From the NCBI GenBank assembly GCA_963756945.1, contig CAVWQJ010000005.1:218123-282122 (forward strand): a stretch of 64,000 nt of DNA, in the 5' to 3' direction. The DNA comes from an uncultured Chitinophagaceae bacterium (lineage in GTDB: Bacteria > Bacteroidota > Bacteroidia > Chitinophagales > Chitinophagaceae). Shown one piece after another: positions 10,870 to 20,657 of the stretch; the stretch's first letter is position 1; each line of letters begins with the position of its first letter. The translations under genes were made by a program, and so were the position numbers. The notes under the pieces are model-generated. The model did no database searches and was not told the DNA's origin. It saw nothing but the letters and a program-made list of their open reading frames with translations.

Positions 10870-12771
10870 ATGAAAATTGCCAGTCTGTTTTTTTTATTGA
10901 CTATATCCGGATTTGCAAAAGCGCAGGAGTATGATGCGTTGTTTATTCCTGATAGTTTGTTAAAAGGCGCTACTGTAGTAAATCGTGACGAAGAATATAT
11001 TCTAACGATAAAATCCTCTTCAAAATATACACTTTACGAAAGGCATGTCTATACTATTTTAAATGAGGGAGCCAATGAATACGCCGGTTATAAAACCTTT
11101 TACGATAAGTTTTGCAACATCAATTTTGTAACGGGTAAGATGTTTAATTTGTTGGGTAAAGAAATTAAGCATACAAAGAAAAGTGAATGGACAGATAATA
11201 GTGCTTACGATGGATTTAGCTTACTATCAGATGCCCGGTATAAAAAGAATGAGTTTTATTCCTCTGATTATCCATACACGATTGAATATGAAGAAGAGGA
11301 TGACTATGATGGTACGCAATCATTTCCAGGATGGATGCCACAGCGAAGTCCGTTGATGTCAGTTCAAAATAGTAAGTTCACCGTTATTGCTCCGGCAGAT
11401 TATATTTTAAGGTATAAAAAAATAAATTTTAACGGGGATCCAGCGGTAACCCAAAAGGGCGATGTAAAGACCTATACCTGGGAGATTAAAAATATCAGGG
11501 CAAAAAAAAATGAAGCATCTGCGCCTCCATTTAGTGAGATTACTCCGGTTATTTATTTTGCTCCGTCCAAGTTTGAAGTGCAGGGCTATAGCGGCGAAAT
11601 GTCTACATGGAAAGGATATGGCGATTTTATGTATCAACTCATTAAAGGCAGAGATGTGTTACCCGAAGAAATTAAAACTAAAGTACATGAGCTAACGGAT
11701 AATATTAAGAGCGATACGGGGAAAATATTTGCATTGTATAAATTTCTTCAACAAAATACAAGGTATATCAGTATTCAATTGGGTATTGGTGGTTGGCAGC
11801 CCTTTGAAGCATCGTATGTAGCAGAAAAAAAATACGGTGATTGCAAAGCGCTTTCAAATTATATGATCGCTTTGCTGAAAGAAGCCGGCATTGCAGGAAA
11901 ATATGTTGAGATTTATGGTGGCAGTTCGCCACCGCCCTTAGTTGAAGATTTTTCTTTTTCACAGTTCAATCATGTTATTGTATGTGTACCGTTACAGAAA
12001 GATACTGTATGGCTTGAATGTACGAGTCAGACAGTTTCTCCGGGTTACATGGGAAGTTTTACGGGAAACAGAAAGGCGCTCCTTATTGATGAAACCGGCG
12101 GGCATGTGGTACAAACACCTTGTTATAACATCGACGATAATGTAAGGTTAAGAAAAGTGACGGCAATTGCGGATGAACAAGGAAATCTTAATGCAGAAAT
12201 TTCCAATAAGTACACTGGTTTGCAACAAAATTTTCCGCATGCGCTCATGTATGAAGCGTCAAAAACTGACAGAGATAAATATTTGAATCAAATGTTTAAT
12301 CTTCCAACTTATGAAGTTACAAAGAGTGAGTATGAAGAGCATAAAGGAATTGTTCCTTCTGTTAACGAACACCTGCAGATTCAATTAAATAACTATGCTA
12401 TCCTTACAGGCAGGCGATTATTTATTACTCCAAATATATTTGGTGAAGAGTCAGAAAAACTCTTACCCAATGACTCGAGACAATACGATTATGTTATACG
12501 GGATGCTTATAGAAATATTGATTCGGTTGAAATAAAAATACCTGTCGGCTATAAACCCGAAAGTGTTCCAAAAGACATTTCCCTTGAAACTGAATTTGGA
12601 AAATATATATCGACGTCAAAAGTATTAGACAATAAGATTATTTATTACAGGCTTATGGAACGATATAACGGGCGGTTTGCTGCTAAGAAATTCAATGAAC
12701 TTGTAAGCTTTTACGAACAGTGTTACAATGCAGATAGAAAAAAAATAGTGTTAATTAAGAATGATGAATAG
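10870..12771 (+). CDS. DUF3857/transglutaminase-like domain secreted protein
   Basis: RYISIQLGIGGWQP, GDCKALSN (Cys), FNHVI (His), WLECT. Confidence 0.8.
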   Translation: MKIASLFFLLTISGFAKAQEYDALFIPDSLLKGATVVNRDEEYILTIKSSSKYTLYERHVYTILNEGANEYAGYKTFYDKFCNINFVTGKMFNLLGKEIKHTKKSEWTDNSAYDGFSLLSDARYKKNEFYSSDYPYTIEYEEEDDYDGTQSFPGWMPQRSPLMSVQNSKFTVIAPADYILRYKKINFNGDPAVTQKGDVKTYTWEIKNIRAKKNEASAPPFSEITPVIYFAPSKFEVQGYSGEMSTWKGYGDFMYQLIKGRDVLPEEIKTKVHELTDNIKSDTGKIFALYKFLQQNTRYISIQLGIGGWQPFEASYVAEKKYGDCKALSNYMIALLKEAGIAGKYVEIYGGSSPPPLVEDFSFSQFNHVIVCVPLQKDTVWLECTSQTVSPGYMGSFTGNRKALLIDETGGHVVQTPCYNIDDNVRLRKVTAIADEQGNLNAEISNKYTGLQQNFPHALMYEASKTDRDKYLNQMFNLPTYEVTKSEYEEHKGIVPSVNEHLQIQLNNYAILTGRRLFITPNIFGEESEKLLPNDSRQYDYVIRDAYRNIDSVEIKIPVGYKPESVPKDISLETEFGKYISTSKVLDNKIIYYRLMERYNGRFAAKKFNELVSFYEQCYNADRKKIVLIKNDE

Positions 12772-12848
12772 GATCGGCATCTTCCAAAATCGGATTGTAT
12801 TTGTCAATTGTTTACAATGCGTTTCTTAGGTGATAAAAGGGTGTAACG

Positions 12849-13979
12849 TCATTTATAGTCTCCCACTTCTTGATCTACAATTGATTTTAACTCTTTATAA
12901 ATTTTACTTCGGCCTTTGTTTTTCAAATTAAACACAAAAAGAAAGCCTGCATATTGTCGCTCATTATCAACCCAGGGAAAACTGCCAAATAAGCCGGGGC
13001 TGGTAACTGCATTAGATCTTTCACCGGAGTCATCCATAACCCATTCGCCAAGCCCATATCCCCAGTTGCCAGCTTCGGCCGGAGAATAAGCAACTTTTGC
13101 ACCTTTTACGTAATTTGTTTGCATTTTTATTATAGATTCTTTCGATAGAATTTGTTTCCCTTTGTAATATCCATTTTGCAATATCATCTGGAGAAAATGA
13201 ATGTAGTCTTCCGGCGTGCTGTATGCTCCTCCGGCAGCCAAAGGAATGTTACCACTGCCAAAATCAGTATTTTTCATGTCACATGGTATAGCAATCCTTT
13301 CCTGGAATAATGTCTTAAAATCTTTGCCGCTAATTTTCTCTATAACGGCAGCGGCTACCTGTAAACCAATGCTGCTGTAATGAAACACTTTTCCTGGTTC
13401 GCCTTCCATTGATTGCTCCGCAATTTTTTCCATTGTTTCATCCAACGACGAAGCCTGGTTAATTATTTTCCTGGATTCTTTAAGATCACCGCCGTTTATT
13501 GCCGTCGTATGTGAAAGACATTCCTGGATTGTGATATTCCCTTTTTGATGGGCCGTCATTACCGGTAAAAACTTTCCGATGGTGTCATTAAGGCTTAATT
13601 TACCTTCATCAACAAACGTCATTACCAGGGCTGCGCTTAACCACTTGCTGCAACTTGCAATGGCTGCCTTTGTAGTAAAATTGTAATCTTTCAGAACTTG
13701 TTCAGGATCTTTGCCCTGTTTTTTTGCAATAAATTTTCCGACCATTTTCTGTTTGGGTGAAAGATCATTTTCAGCATTTTCATAGATAATTTTTCCATCT
13801 TTTAAAATAACGAGAACAGCTCTTCCTCCTAATTTATTGAGATTCTTTTTCAACCAGTTATCGGCTTGATTAAAATTGTACTGTTGTGCAAATGAAACCT
13901 GAAATAATAACAGGAGAGAACCAATAAAGCTGCATTTGCGGCAGAACTGTGCTGGATTTTGAGACAATATATCTTTCAT
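12849..13979 (-). CDS. Serine hydrolase, beta-lactamase class C/PBP family
   Basis: SxxK (ASCSK), LSHT, FHYS, GLFGSFPWVD. Confidence 0.85.
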   Translation of the reverse strand: MKDILSQNPAQFCRKCSFIGSLLLLFQVSFAQQYNFNQADNWLKKNLNKLGGRAVLVILKDGKIIYENAENDLSPKQKMVGKFIAKKQGKDPEQVLKDYNFTTKAAIASCSKWLSAALVMTFVDEGKLSLNDTIGKFLPVMTAHQKGNITIQECLSHTTAINGGDLKESRKIINQASSLDETMEKIAEQSMEGEPGKVFHYSSIGLQVAAAVIEKISGKDFKTLFQERIAIPCDMKNTDFGSGNIPLAAGGAYSTPEDYIHFLQMILQNGYYKGKQILSKESIIKMQTNYVKGAKVAYSPAEAGNWGYGLGEWVMDDSGERSNAVTSPGLFGSFPWVDNERQYAGFLFVFNLKNKGRSKIYKELKSIVDQEVGDYK

Positions 13980-14035
13980 TTTTGTTGGATTAATATTTGC
14001 GGCTTTGGTTTAAATTAAAAAAAACGAATTGTATA

Positions 14036-16657
14036 ATGAATCCAAACAATTTAACTATAAAATCACAGGAGATTTTTCAGAAGGCTCAACAATTGGCTTT
14101 CAATGAAAAAAATCCAAATATTGAAACCGAGCATTTGCTTAAGGCATTGCTTACTGATGAAGATAGTCCTGTCGATTATCTTCTTAAAAAGAATAACATC
14201 AATGTAAATTTTGTTGAAAGTAAAGTTGATGAAAGTTTGCATAAGTTGCCAAAAATGGGTGATGGTGAACCTGCACAGGTTATAAGCAGAGATTTAAACA
14301 ATGTGTTGTTGCGTGCCGCGAATACATTAAAAACATTCAATGATGAGTTTGTTAGTGTTGAACATCTTTTGCTTGCAATCGTTCAGGGAAATGATAATGC
14401 GGCAAAGATTTTGAAAGATGCCGGACTTACTGAAAAGAGCTTAATTGTGGCAATTAAAGAATTGAAAAAAGGATCAACTGTTTCTTCTCAAACTTCGGAA
14501 ACACAATTTAATGCATTAAACAGGTATGCTAAAAATCTCAATGAATTAGCAAGGAGTAATAAGCTTGATCCTGTTATTGGAAGAGATGAAGAGATAAGAA
14601 GAACTTTACATATTTTATCGAGAAGAACAAAAAATAATCCCATATTGGTTGGTGAGCCGGGTGTTGGTAAAACGGCCATAGCAGAGGGTTTAGCTCATCG
14701 TATTGTTAACGGCGATGTTCCCGAAAATTTAAAATCGAAAATAATTTTTGCATTGGATATGGGGCTGTTAATTGCAGGTGCAAAGTATAAAGGAGAATTT
14801 GAAGAAAGGTTGAAATCTGTGATTAAAGAAGTAGGAGATAGCAATGGGGAGATCGTTTTATTTATTGATGAGATACATACATTGGTAGGCGCCGGAGCTG
14901 GCGAAGGCGCTATGGATGCTGCCAATATTTTAAAGCCTGCGTTGGCACGCGGCGAGTTAAGAGCTATTGGTGCAACCACATTAAATGAGTATCAGAAATT
15001 TTTCGAAAAGGACAAAGCACTTGAAAGGAGATTTCAAAAAGTATTGGTTGACGAACCAAGCGTAGATGATGCCATTTCAATTTTACGGGGAATAAAAGAT
15101 AAGTATGAAACCCATCACCATGTTCGTATTAAAGATGAAGCCATTATTGCTGCGGTAGAACTGTCTCACCGTTATATCACTGATCGTTTTTTGCCAGATA
15201 AGGCAATTGACCTGATAGATGAAAGCGCCGCGAAATTAAGGCTGGAGATGAATTCAATGCCGGAAGAATTGGATAAACTAGAAAGGGCTATCAGGCAACT
15301 TGAGATAGAAAGAGAAGCAATTAAGAGAGAAAAAGACGCCGGTAAATTGAAAGAACTTAACACGGAAATTTCCAATCTCTCTGTTCAACGTGATACGTTT
15401 AAGGCCAAATGGCAACAGGAAAAAGAGATTGTTGAAAAAGTTCAAAATGCCAAAGCCGAAATAGAAAGGCTTAAGATGGCGGCTGAAAAGGCTGAGCGTG
15501 AAGGCGATTATGGGAAGGTAGCAGAGATAAGATATGGTAAACTGCAGGACCAGGAAAAAGTAATAGCAGATTATACTGCCCAGCTTGATGAAATAAGTGA
15601 AAAAAGATTATTGAAAGAAGAAGTAGATGCAGAAGATATTGCAGAAAGCGTTGCAAAGGCTACCGGGATACCTGTAAGTAAAATGATGCAGAGTGAAAAA
15701 GATAAACTATTGAATCTCGAAGACGAATTGCATAAAAGAGTAATTGGGCAAGATGAAGCGATAGAAGCCGTCGCAGATGCTATACGCAGGAGCAGCGCTG
15801 GTTTGCACGATCCTAAAAAACCGCTTGGTTCTTTTATTTTTCTTGGTACAACGGGCGTGGGTAAAACTGAATTAGCAAAGGCTTTGGCTGAATATCTTTT
15901 TGATGATGATAGCATGATGACGAGAATAGATATGAGTGAATACCAGGAAAAACATTCTGTAAGCAGGTTGGTGGGTGCGCCTCCGGGATATGTAGGTTAT
16001 GACGAAGGAGGCCAACTAACCGAGGCGGTTAGACGCAAACCTTACAGCGTAATACTGCTGGATGAAATTGAAAAAGCTCACCCGGATGTATTTAATATTT
16101 TATTGCAGGTATTAGATGATGGAAGACTTACGGACAATAAAGGCAGAGTTGTGAACTTTAAAAATACCATCATAATAATGACAAGTAATATGGGCAGTCA
16201 TATTATACAAGCCAACTTTGATAATGTGACCGAAGAAAACAAAGAAAAGGTGGTTGAAGAGACCAGGAGAGAGGTGTTAGAATTATTGAGACAAACAATT
16301 AGGCCTGAATTTTTGAACAGGATAGATGAGATTATTATGTTCCAGCCTTTGCTCAAAAATGAAATTAAAGATATCATCAGAATACAGTTGAATGATCTTA
16401 AGAATCAACTGGCAAAAAATGGGGTCGTCCTTGAGTTCAGTGAATATGCGTTGGATTATCTTGCCGAAAATGGATTTGATCCGCAGTTTGGAGCAAGACC
16501 GCTGAAAAGACTTATTCAAAAACAAATTGTGAACCAGTTGAGCAAAAAACTGTTAAGTGGTACTATTGACAAATCACATCCTGTATTGGTAGACGTTTTT
16601 GACAGAATGGTGGTATTTAGAAATGACGTTAATATGCACGAAAAAACTGTCGTATAA
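14036..16657 (+). CDS. clpB: ATP-dependent chaperone ClpB (start moved to ATG 14036)
   Basis: Two AAA+ modules (GEPGVGKT, GTTGVGKT) with coiled-coil middle domain. Confidence 0.97.
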   Translation: MNPNNLTIKSQEIFQKAQQLAFNEKNPNIETEHLLKALLTDEDSPVDYLLKKNNINVNFVESKVDESLHKLPKMGDGEPAQVISRDLNNVLLRAANTLKTFNDEFVSVEHLLLAIVQGNDNAAKILKDAGLTEKSLIVAIKELKKGSTVSSQTSETQFNALNRYAKNLNELARSNKLDPVIGRDEEIRRTLHILSRRTKNNPILVGEPGVGKTAIAEGLAHRIVNGDVPENLKSKIIFALDMGLLIAGAKYKGEFEERLKSVIKEVGDSNGEIVLFIDEIHTLVGAGAGEGAMDAANILKPALARGELRAIGATTLNEYQKFFEKDKALERRFQKVLVDEPSVDDAISILRGIKDKYETHHHVRIKDEAIIAAVELSHRYITDRFLPDKAIDLIDESAAKLRLEMNSMPEELDKLERAIRQLEIEREAIKREKDAGKLKELNTEISNLSVQRDTFKAKWQQEKEIVEKVQNAKAEIERLKMAAEKAEREGDYGKVAEIRYGKLQDQEKVIADYTAQLDEISEKRLLKEEVDAEDIAESVAKATGIPVSKMMQSEKDKLLNLEDELHKRVIGQDEAIEAVADAIRRSSAGLHDPKKPLGSFIFLGTTGVGKTELAKALAEYLFDDDSMMTRIDMSEYQEKHSVSRLVGAPPGYVGYDEGGQLTEAVRRKPYSVILLDEIEKAHPDVFNILLQVLDDGRLTDNKGRVVNFKNTIIIMTSNMGSHIIQANFDNVTEENKEKVVEETRREVLELLRQTIRPEFLNRIDEIIMFQPLLKNEIKDIIRIQLNDLKNQLAKNGVVLEFSEYALDYLAENGFDPQFGARPLKRLIQKQIVNQLSKKLLSGTIDKSHPVLVDVFDRMVVFRNDVNMHEKTVV

Positions 16658-16678
16658 AAAGTGTGAATCAATATTTTT

Positions 16679-16704
16679 AAAACCCGGCCAGTACCGGGTT
16701 TTTT
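16679..16704 (+). terminator. Intrinsic terminator after clpB
   Basis: AAAACCCGG-ccagta-CCGGGTTTTTT. Confidence 0.75.
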
Positions 16705-16810
16705 GTTTGGCGGGAGTGTAAAATAAAACTGTGTCAGTTAATAATAATATTAGTAGAACAGAGTCAGCTGCGAAGTTCAATTAACTGGCTCTTTTGTTGT
16801 TTCGTCAAAT

Positions 16811-16883
16811 TGAGGCTGTTCATTGTTTCATGTCGTTCGCTTCTCTTGCTTGAATTAGACACAACATTTTATGAATCAGTCGC
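16811..16883. repeat. Imperfect long-hairpin element, candidate MITE/REP-like repeat
   Basis: Ends GGCTGTTCAT / ATGAATCAGTC are imperfect inverted repeats with nested TGTT..TGTC / GACA.AACA pairing; single copy in the window. Confidence 0.35.
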
Positions 16884-16946
16884 TCTTTCTATTTGGCCAT
16901 TTACCTTAATGGCAAACAAGCCAGCAGTAAAAACTATAGCCAATAA

Positions 16947-16971
16947 AAAACCCTGTTAAGGACAGGGTTTT
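16947..16971 (-). terminator. Intrinsic (bidirectional) terminator after the GSIII gene
   Basis: AAAACCCTGT-taagg-ACAGGGTTTT. Confidence 0.75.
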
Positions 16972-16994
16972 AATTCAAATAACCTAAAATCATT

Positions 16995-19187
16995 TTATCT
17001 TAAGAAAAGCATCTCACGATATTTTGGTAATTCCCAATATTCATCGTCTACCAGGAGTTCCAGTTTATCAACATGATATCTTATTTTATCAAAATGACTT
17101 TTCACCGTATCGCAATAAGCGATGGCTTTTTCACGGGTGTCTTCAATTTTGTTGGCAGTTTTTCTTCCCTCGATCATTGCTTCCACACTTGAGCTGATGT
17201 TGGAAATATGCTTTGAAATGTTACTGGCTATATGTTTTTGATTTGCATATGCACTTTCGTCCATGCCAATATCTTTTAAGCCCTGGATGTTCTGTATTAA
17301 AACATTTTGATATTTTATGGCTGCAGGAAGGATGTAAGTACTGGCCAAATCACCAATAACCCTTGCTTCGATTTGAACTTTCTTCACATAATTTTCAAGC
17401 ATAATTTCATGCCTTGCTTCCAGTTCGCTATGCGTGTAGATATTATGATGTTCAAATAACTTTTTAGCTTTATCTGTTACAAAAGCATCCAGTGCAAGTG
17501 GTGTTGTTTTTACGTTTGGTAAACCTCTTTTTTCGGCTTCTTTTTCCCACTCATCACTGTAGTTGTTACCTTCAAACAAAACAGATTTGCTTTCAACAAT
17601 ATATTTCTGAATTATTTGCATAATGGCAACCTCTTTCTTTTCGCCACTATCAATAAGCCCATCAACATCAACCTTAAACTGAGCCAGAGTTTCACCTAAT
17701 ATAGTATTTAAAACAGTCATTGGCTGAGCACAATTAGTGGCAGAACCTACTGCTCTAAATTCAAATTTATTGCCTGTAAACGCAAAAGGAGAAGTCCGGT
17801 TCCTATCGGTATTATCCAGCAATAGTTCCGGAATGCTTTTATGAATATCCAGTTTTAATATTGCTTCATCCTGTTCATCAAATTTGTCGCCAACTCTTTT
17901 TTCAATCTGGCTTAGTACATCAGTTAAGTATTTGCCGATGAATATTGAAATAATGGCAGGAGGCGCTTCATTTGCACCCAAACGGTGATCGTTTCCCGCA
18001 GAGGCAATAGAAGCTCTTAGAAGATCAGCATTATCGTGAACGGCTTTAATAGTATTCACAAAAAATGTCAGAAACATTAAGTTCGTCTTTGGCGTTTTGC
18101 CGGGCGATAAAAGATTGACACCGGTGTTCGTAGCCATACTCCAGTTATTGTGCTTACCACTTCCATTAATCCCGGCAAATGGTTTTTCATGCAGCAAAAC
18201 CATAAGGTTGTGTCTTTTTGCAACACGGGTCATAACATCCATTAATAAAGTATTATGATCCACGGCAAGATTTACTTCTTCAAAAATTGGAGCGCACTCA
18301 AATTGTGAAGGAGCCACCTCATTATGTCTTGTACGAAGGGGAATACCCAGCTTATAGGCCTCTTCTTCGTAATCTCTCATAAACGAGTAAATCCTTTCAG
18401 GGATAGACCCAAAATAATGATCTTCCAATTGCTGACCTTTAGAAGGAGCATGCCCAAAAACTGTTCTACCTGTCATAACAATATCGGGACGGGCATTTGC
18501 AAGGCCTGCATCTACTACAAAGTATTCCTGTTCCCAGCCAAGTGTTGGTGTTACAGCCGTTACATTTTTATCAAAGTACTGGCACACATCAATTGCTGCC
18601 TTATCAAGAGCCACAAGGGCTTTTAAAAGCGGCGTTTTGGCGTCAAGTGATTCGCCGGTATAAGAGACAAATATAGTAGGAATACATAATGTTTTGCCCT
18701 GGCCTATTTCAATAATAAACGGAGGAGACGACGGATCCCATGCAGTATATCCGCGTGCTTCAAACGTTGTTCTTATTCCTCCACTCGGGAATGATGAAGC
18801 ATCAGGCTCCTGTTGAATTAATGCATCTCCATCAAATTCTTCAAGTGCAGATCCATCACTTTTTAAAGTAAAGAAAGAGTCATGTTTTTCAGCAGTTGCA
18901 CCAGTCAATGGTTGAAACCAATGGGTAAAGTGAGTTACTCCTTTGGTTTCCGCCCAGGCTTTTAAACCGGAAGCAATCTGGTCACCCATATTGCGATCTA
19001 TCTTATTTTGACTTTTGATTGAAGATTTGAGGCTTTTATAAGCATCATCACTTAGAAATTCCCGCGCCTTTTGTAGTGTGAAAACGTTTTCGCCGAAAAT
19101 TCCCGTTATTTTTTTTGATTTTGGAGCGTGTTCTGCCCCAGGATTGGAAATCAATGTGTAAAGAGCATTTAGTCTTAAAGATTGCAT
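16995..19187 (-). CDS. glnN: Glutamine synthetase type III (start moved to MQSLR)
   Basis: THFTHWFQPLTG, EPDASSFPSGG, HEKPFAGINGSGKHNNWS, DRNRTSPFAFTGNKFEFR. Confidence 0.93.
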   Translation of the reverse strand: MQSLRLNALYTLISNPGAEHAPKSKKITGIFGENVFTLQKAREFLSDDAYKSLKSSIKSQNKIDRNMGDQIASGLKAWAETKGVTHFTHWFQPLTGATAEKHDSFFTLKSDGSALEEFDGDALIQQEPDASSFPSGGIRTTFEARGYTAWDPSSPPFIIEIGQGKTLCIPTIFVSYTGESLDAKTPLLKALVALDKAAIDVCQYFDKNVTAVTPTLGWEQEYFVVDAGLANARPDIVMTGRTVFGHAPSKGQQLEDHYFGSIPERIYSFMRDYEEEAYKLGIPLRTRHNEVAPSQFECAPIFEEVNLAVDHNTLLMDVMTRVAKRHNLMVLLHEKPFAGINGSGKHNNWSMATNTGVNLLSPGKTPKTNLMFLTFFVNTIKAVHDNADLLRASIASAGNDHRLGANEAPPAIISIFIGKYLTDVLSQIEKRVGDKFDEQDEAILKLDIHKSIPELLLDNTDRNRTSPFAFTGNKFEFRAVGSATNCAQPMTVLNTILGETLAQFKVDVDGLIDSGEKKEVAIMQIIQKYIVESKSVLFEGNNYSDEWEKEAEKRGLPNVKTTPLALDAFVTDKAKKLFEHHNIYTHSELEARHEIMLENYVKKVQIEARVIGDLASTYILPAAIKYQNVLIQNIQGLKDIGMDESAYANQKHIASNISKHISNISSSVEAMIEGRKTANKIEDTREKAIAYCDTVKSHFDKIRYHVDKLELLVDDEYWELPKYREMLFLR

Positions 19188-19251
19188 TTTTTTAAATTTA
19201 GTTAGCAAAAAAACGAGTAATACGTTAGAAAAACAAAGATTTTTTTGCAAA

Positions 19252-19281
19252 TGTGGTTAAATTTTCCACAACTGTGGATAA
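19252..19281. promoter_or_regulatory. Cluster of three DnaA-box-like 9-mers
   Basis: TGTGGTTAA, TTTTCCACA, TGTGGATAA within 30 nt; two fit TTWTNCACA exactly. Confidence 0.5.
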
Positions 19282-19296
19282 AAAATAAACATAAAA

Positions 19297-20562
19297 TTAT
19301 ATTTTAATGTGAAATATTTCTTTAAGCCTTTTCCAGTCGGTATAGCAAAGTAACGGAATCACTAATAACGGCAGGTATATACTTCTGTATCTAACAATAG
19401 CACCTATTATGGGAATCGTATATCCAATTACAAGAAACATCGTGCAGGAGAAAAAAACTGAAAAGTAAATTAACGGTGCAGCCGCTTTATTTTTTCTTCG
19501 GAAGAAAATGAATGCCAAAAAAAGTACCTCATAAAATAAAACTTCTAATGCGGAAGGGATGTACAAAAAATTATTATGTTCAGTGAGATAAGGCCTCATC
19601 AAACTATGATTAATTGCTTGCGGAATATTAGTTAAGAAACTTCGAAAATTAGGGTGAAGTGGGCGAGCATTTATTGCAGAAGCACCACCTTTTGCTATCT
19701 CGATGAAATCTGACTGTCGGCTCGAAACATGAGCGGGTAAATTAAAGGCAGGTGGCAGATATGCGGAACAAAAGAATAGCACGCCGACAAAAAGATATAT
19801 GCCGGAAAAGATCGCAAGCGAATATTTAACCCTTTGTTCAGCAAAGACCCATGCTATTATTGCTGGCATCAATGTTATAAAAACAAAATTTCGCAGAAGC
19901 AATATCAACCCCAAATAGACAATACAAATGAAAATATTTTTAAATGAATATTTTTTGTTCTTCATCATAAAATATAAAAAGTAAATAACCATGGAGAGGC
20001 ATAAATAAATAAGCCCGTCACGATGAATGCTACTACTAAAGTAAATGACTGATGGAAGCAAAAAGATGCATGCACATAAAACCAATCTTTGGGAGGGAAA
20101 TTCTTTTATAAAAACTCTATATAGCCCTACTGTACCAAAAAAGATTAAAAAGTTATAAAACAGGGAGTTGATGAAGAAATTCGTACGGCTGAAAATATTA
20201 AATAAAGAAAGCAATTTTACAATCAGGTTGCTCCTTGTGTCGTTCCAGTACGAATTAGAACTTTCCAAAAAATTACCATATCCGATATTTTGGTAATTAC
20301 TATGAAAAATGTTAGTAAGATACTCCATTGGGTTTTGAAAGAGAAGGTGATATTCATCGATTCCCTGCAAATGAAAAGTTACCGAGTCTGAAACTGGATA
20401 ATAGTATAAATTGATGTAGCTGTTCACCAATCCGGCAAGTACTCTAATTAAAAATAATGCTATAAGAATACGATTTTCCAGTTTGGATTCTTTAATAAAT
20501 GGTATTCGCGTAATTAGCCAGCAAAAAAGGACAAGATAAAATGTGAAGAGTAGATAAAACAA
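19297..20562 (-). CDS. Polytopic membrane protein, possibly Wzy/GT-C-like
   Basis: About 10 TMs with periplasmic loops; GAIVRYR C-terminal motif. Confidence 0.55.
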   Translation of the reverse strand: MFYLLFTFYLVLFCWLITRIPFIKESKLENRILIALFLIRVLAGLVNSYINLYYYPVSDSVTFHLQGIDEYHLLFQNPMEYLTNIFHSNYQNIGYGNFLESSNSYWNDTRSNLIVKLLSLFNIFSRTNFFINSLFYNFLIFFGTVGLYRVFIKEFPSQRLVLCACIFLLPSVIYFSSSIHRDGLIYLCLSMVIYFLYFMMKNKKYSFKNIFICIVYLGLILLLRNFVFITLMPAIIAWVFAEQRVKYSLAIFSGIYLFVGVLFFCSAYLPPAFNLPAHVSSRQSDFIEIAKGGASAINARPLHPNFRSFLTNIPQAINHSLMRPYLTEHNNFLYIPSALEVLFYEVLFLAFIFFRRKNKAAAPLIYFSVFFSCTMFLVIGYTIPIIGAIVRYRSIYLPLLVIPLLCYTDWKRLKEIFHIKI

Positions 20563-20657
20563 GAGTAGAATTTAATTGTGGGAAGTTAGTTAAAATAATT
20601 ACACCAGTTTTCTTATATAAAGTTCAGGAGATTGTAAGTTTGCGCTTCTAAGTAATT

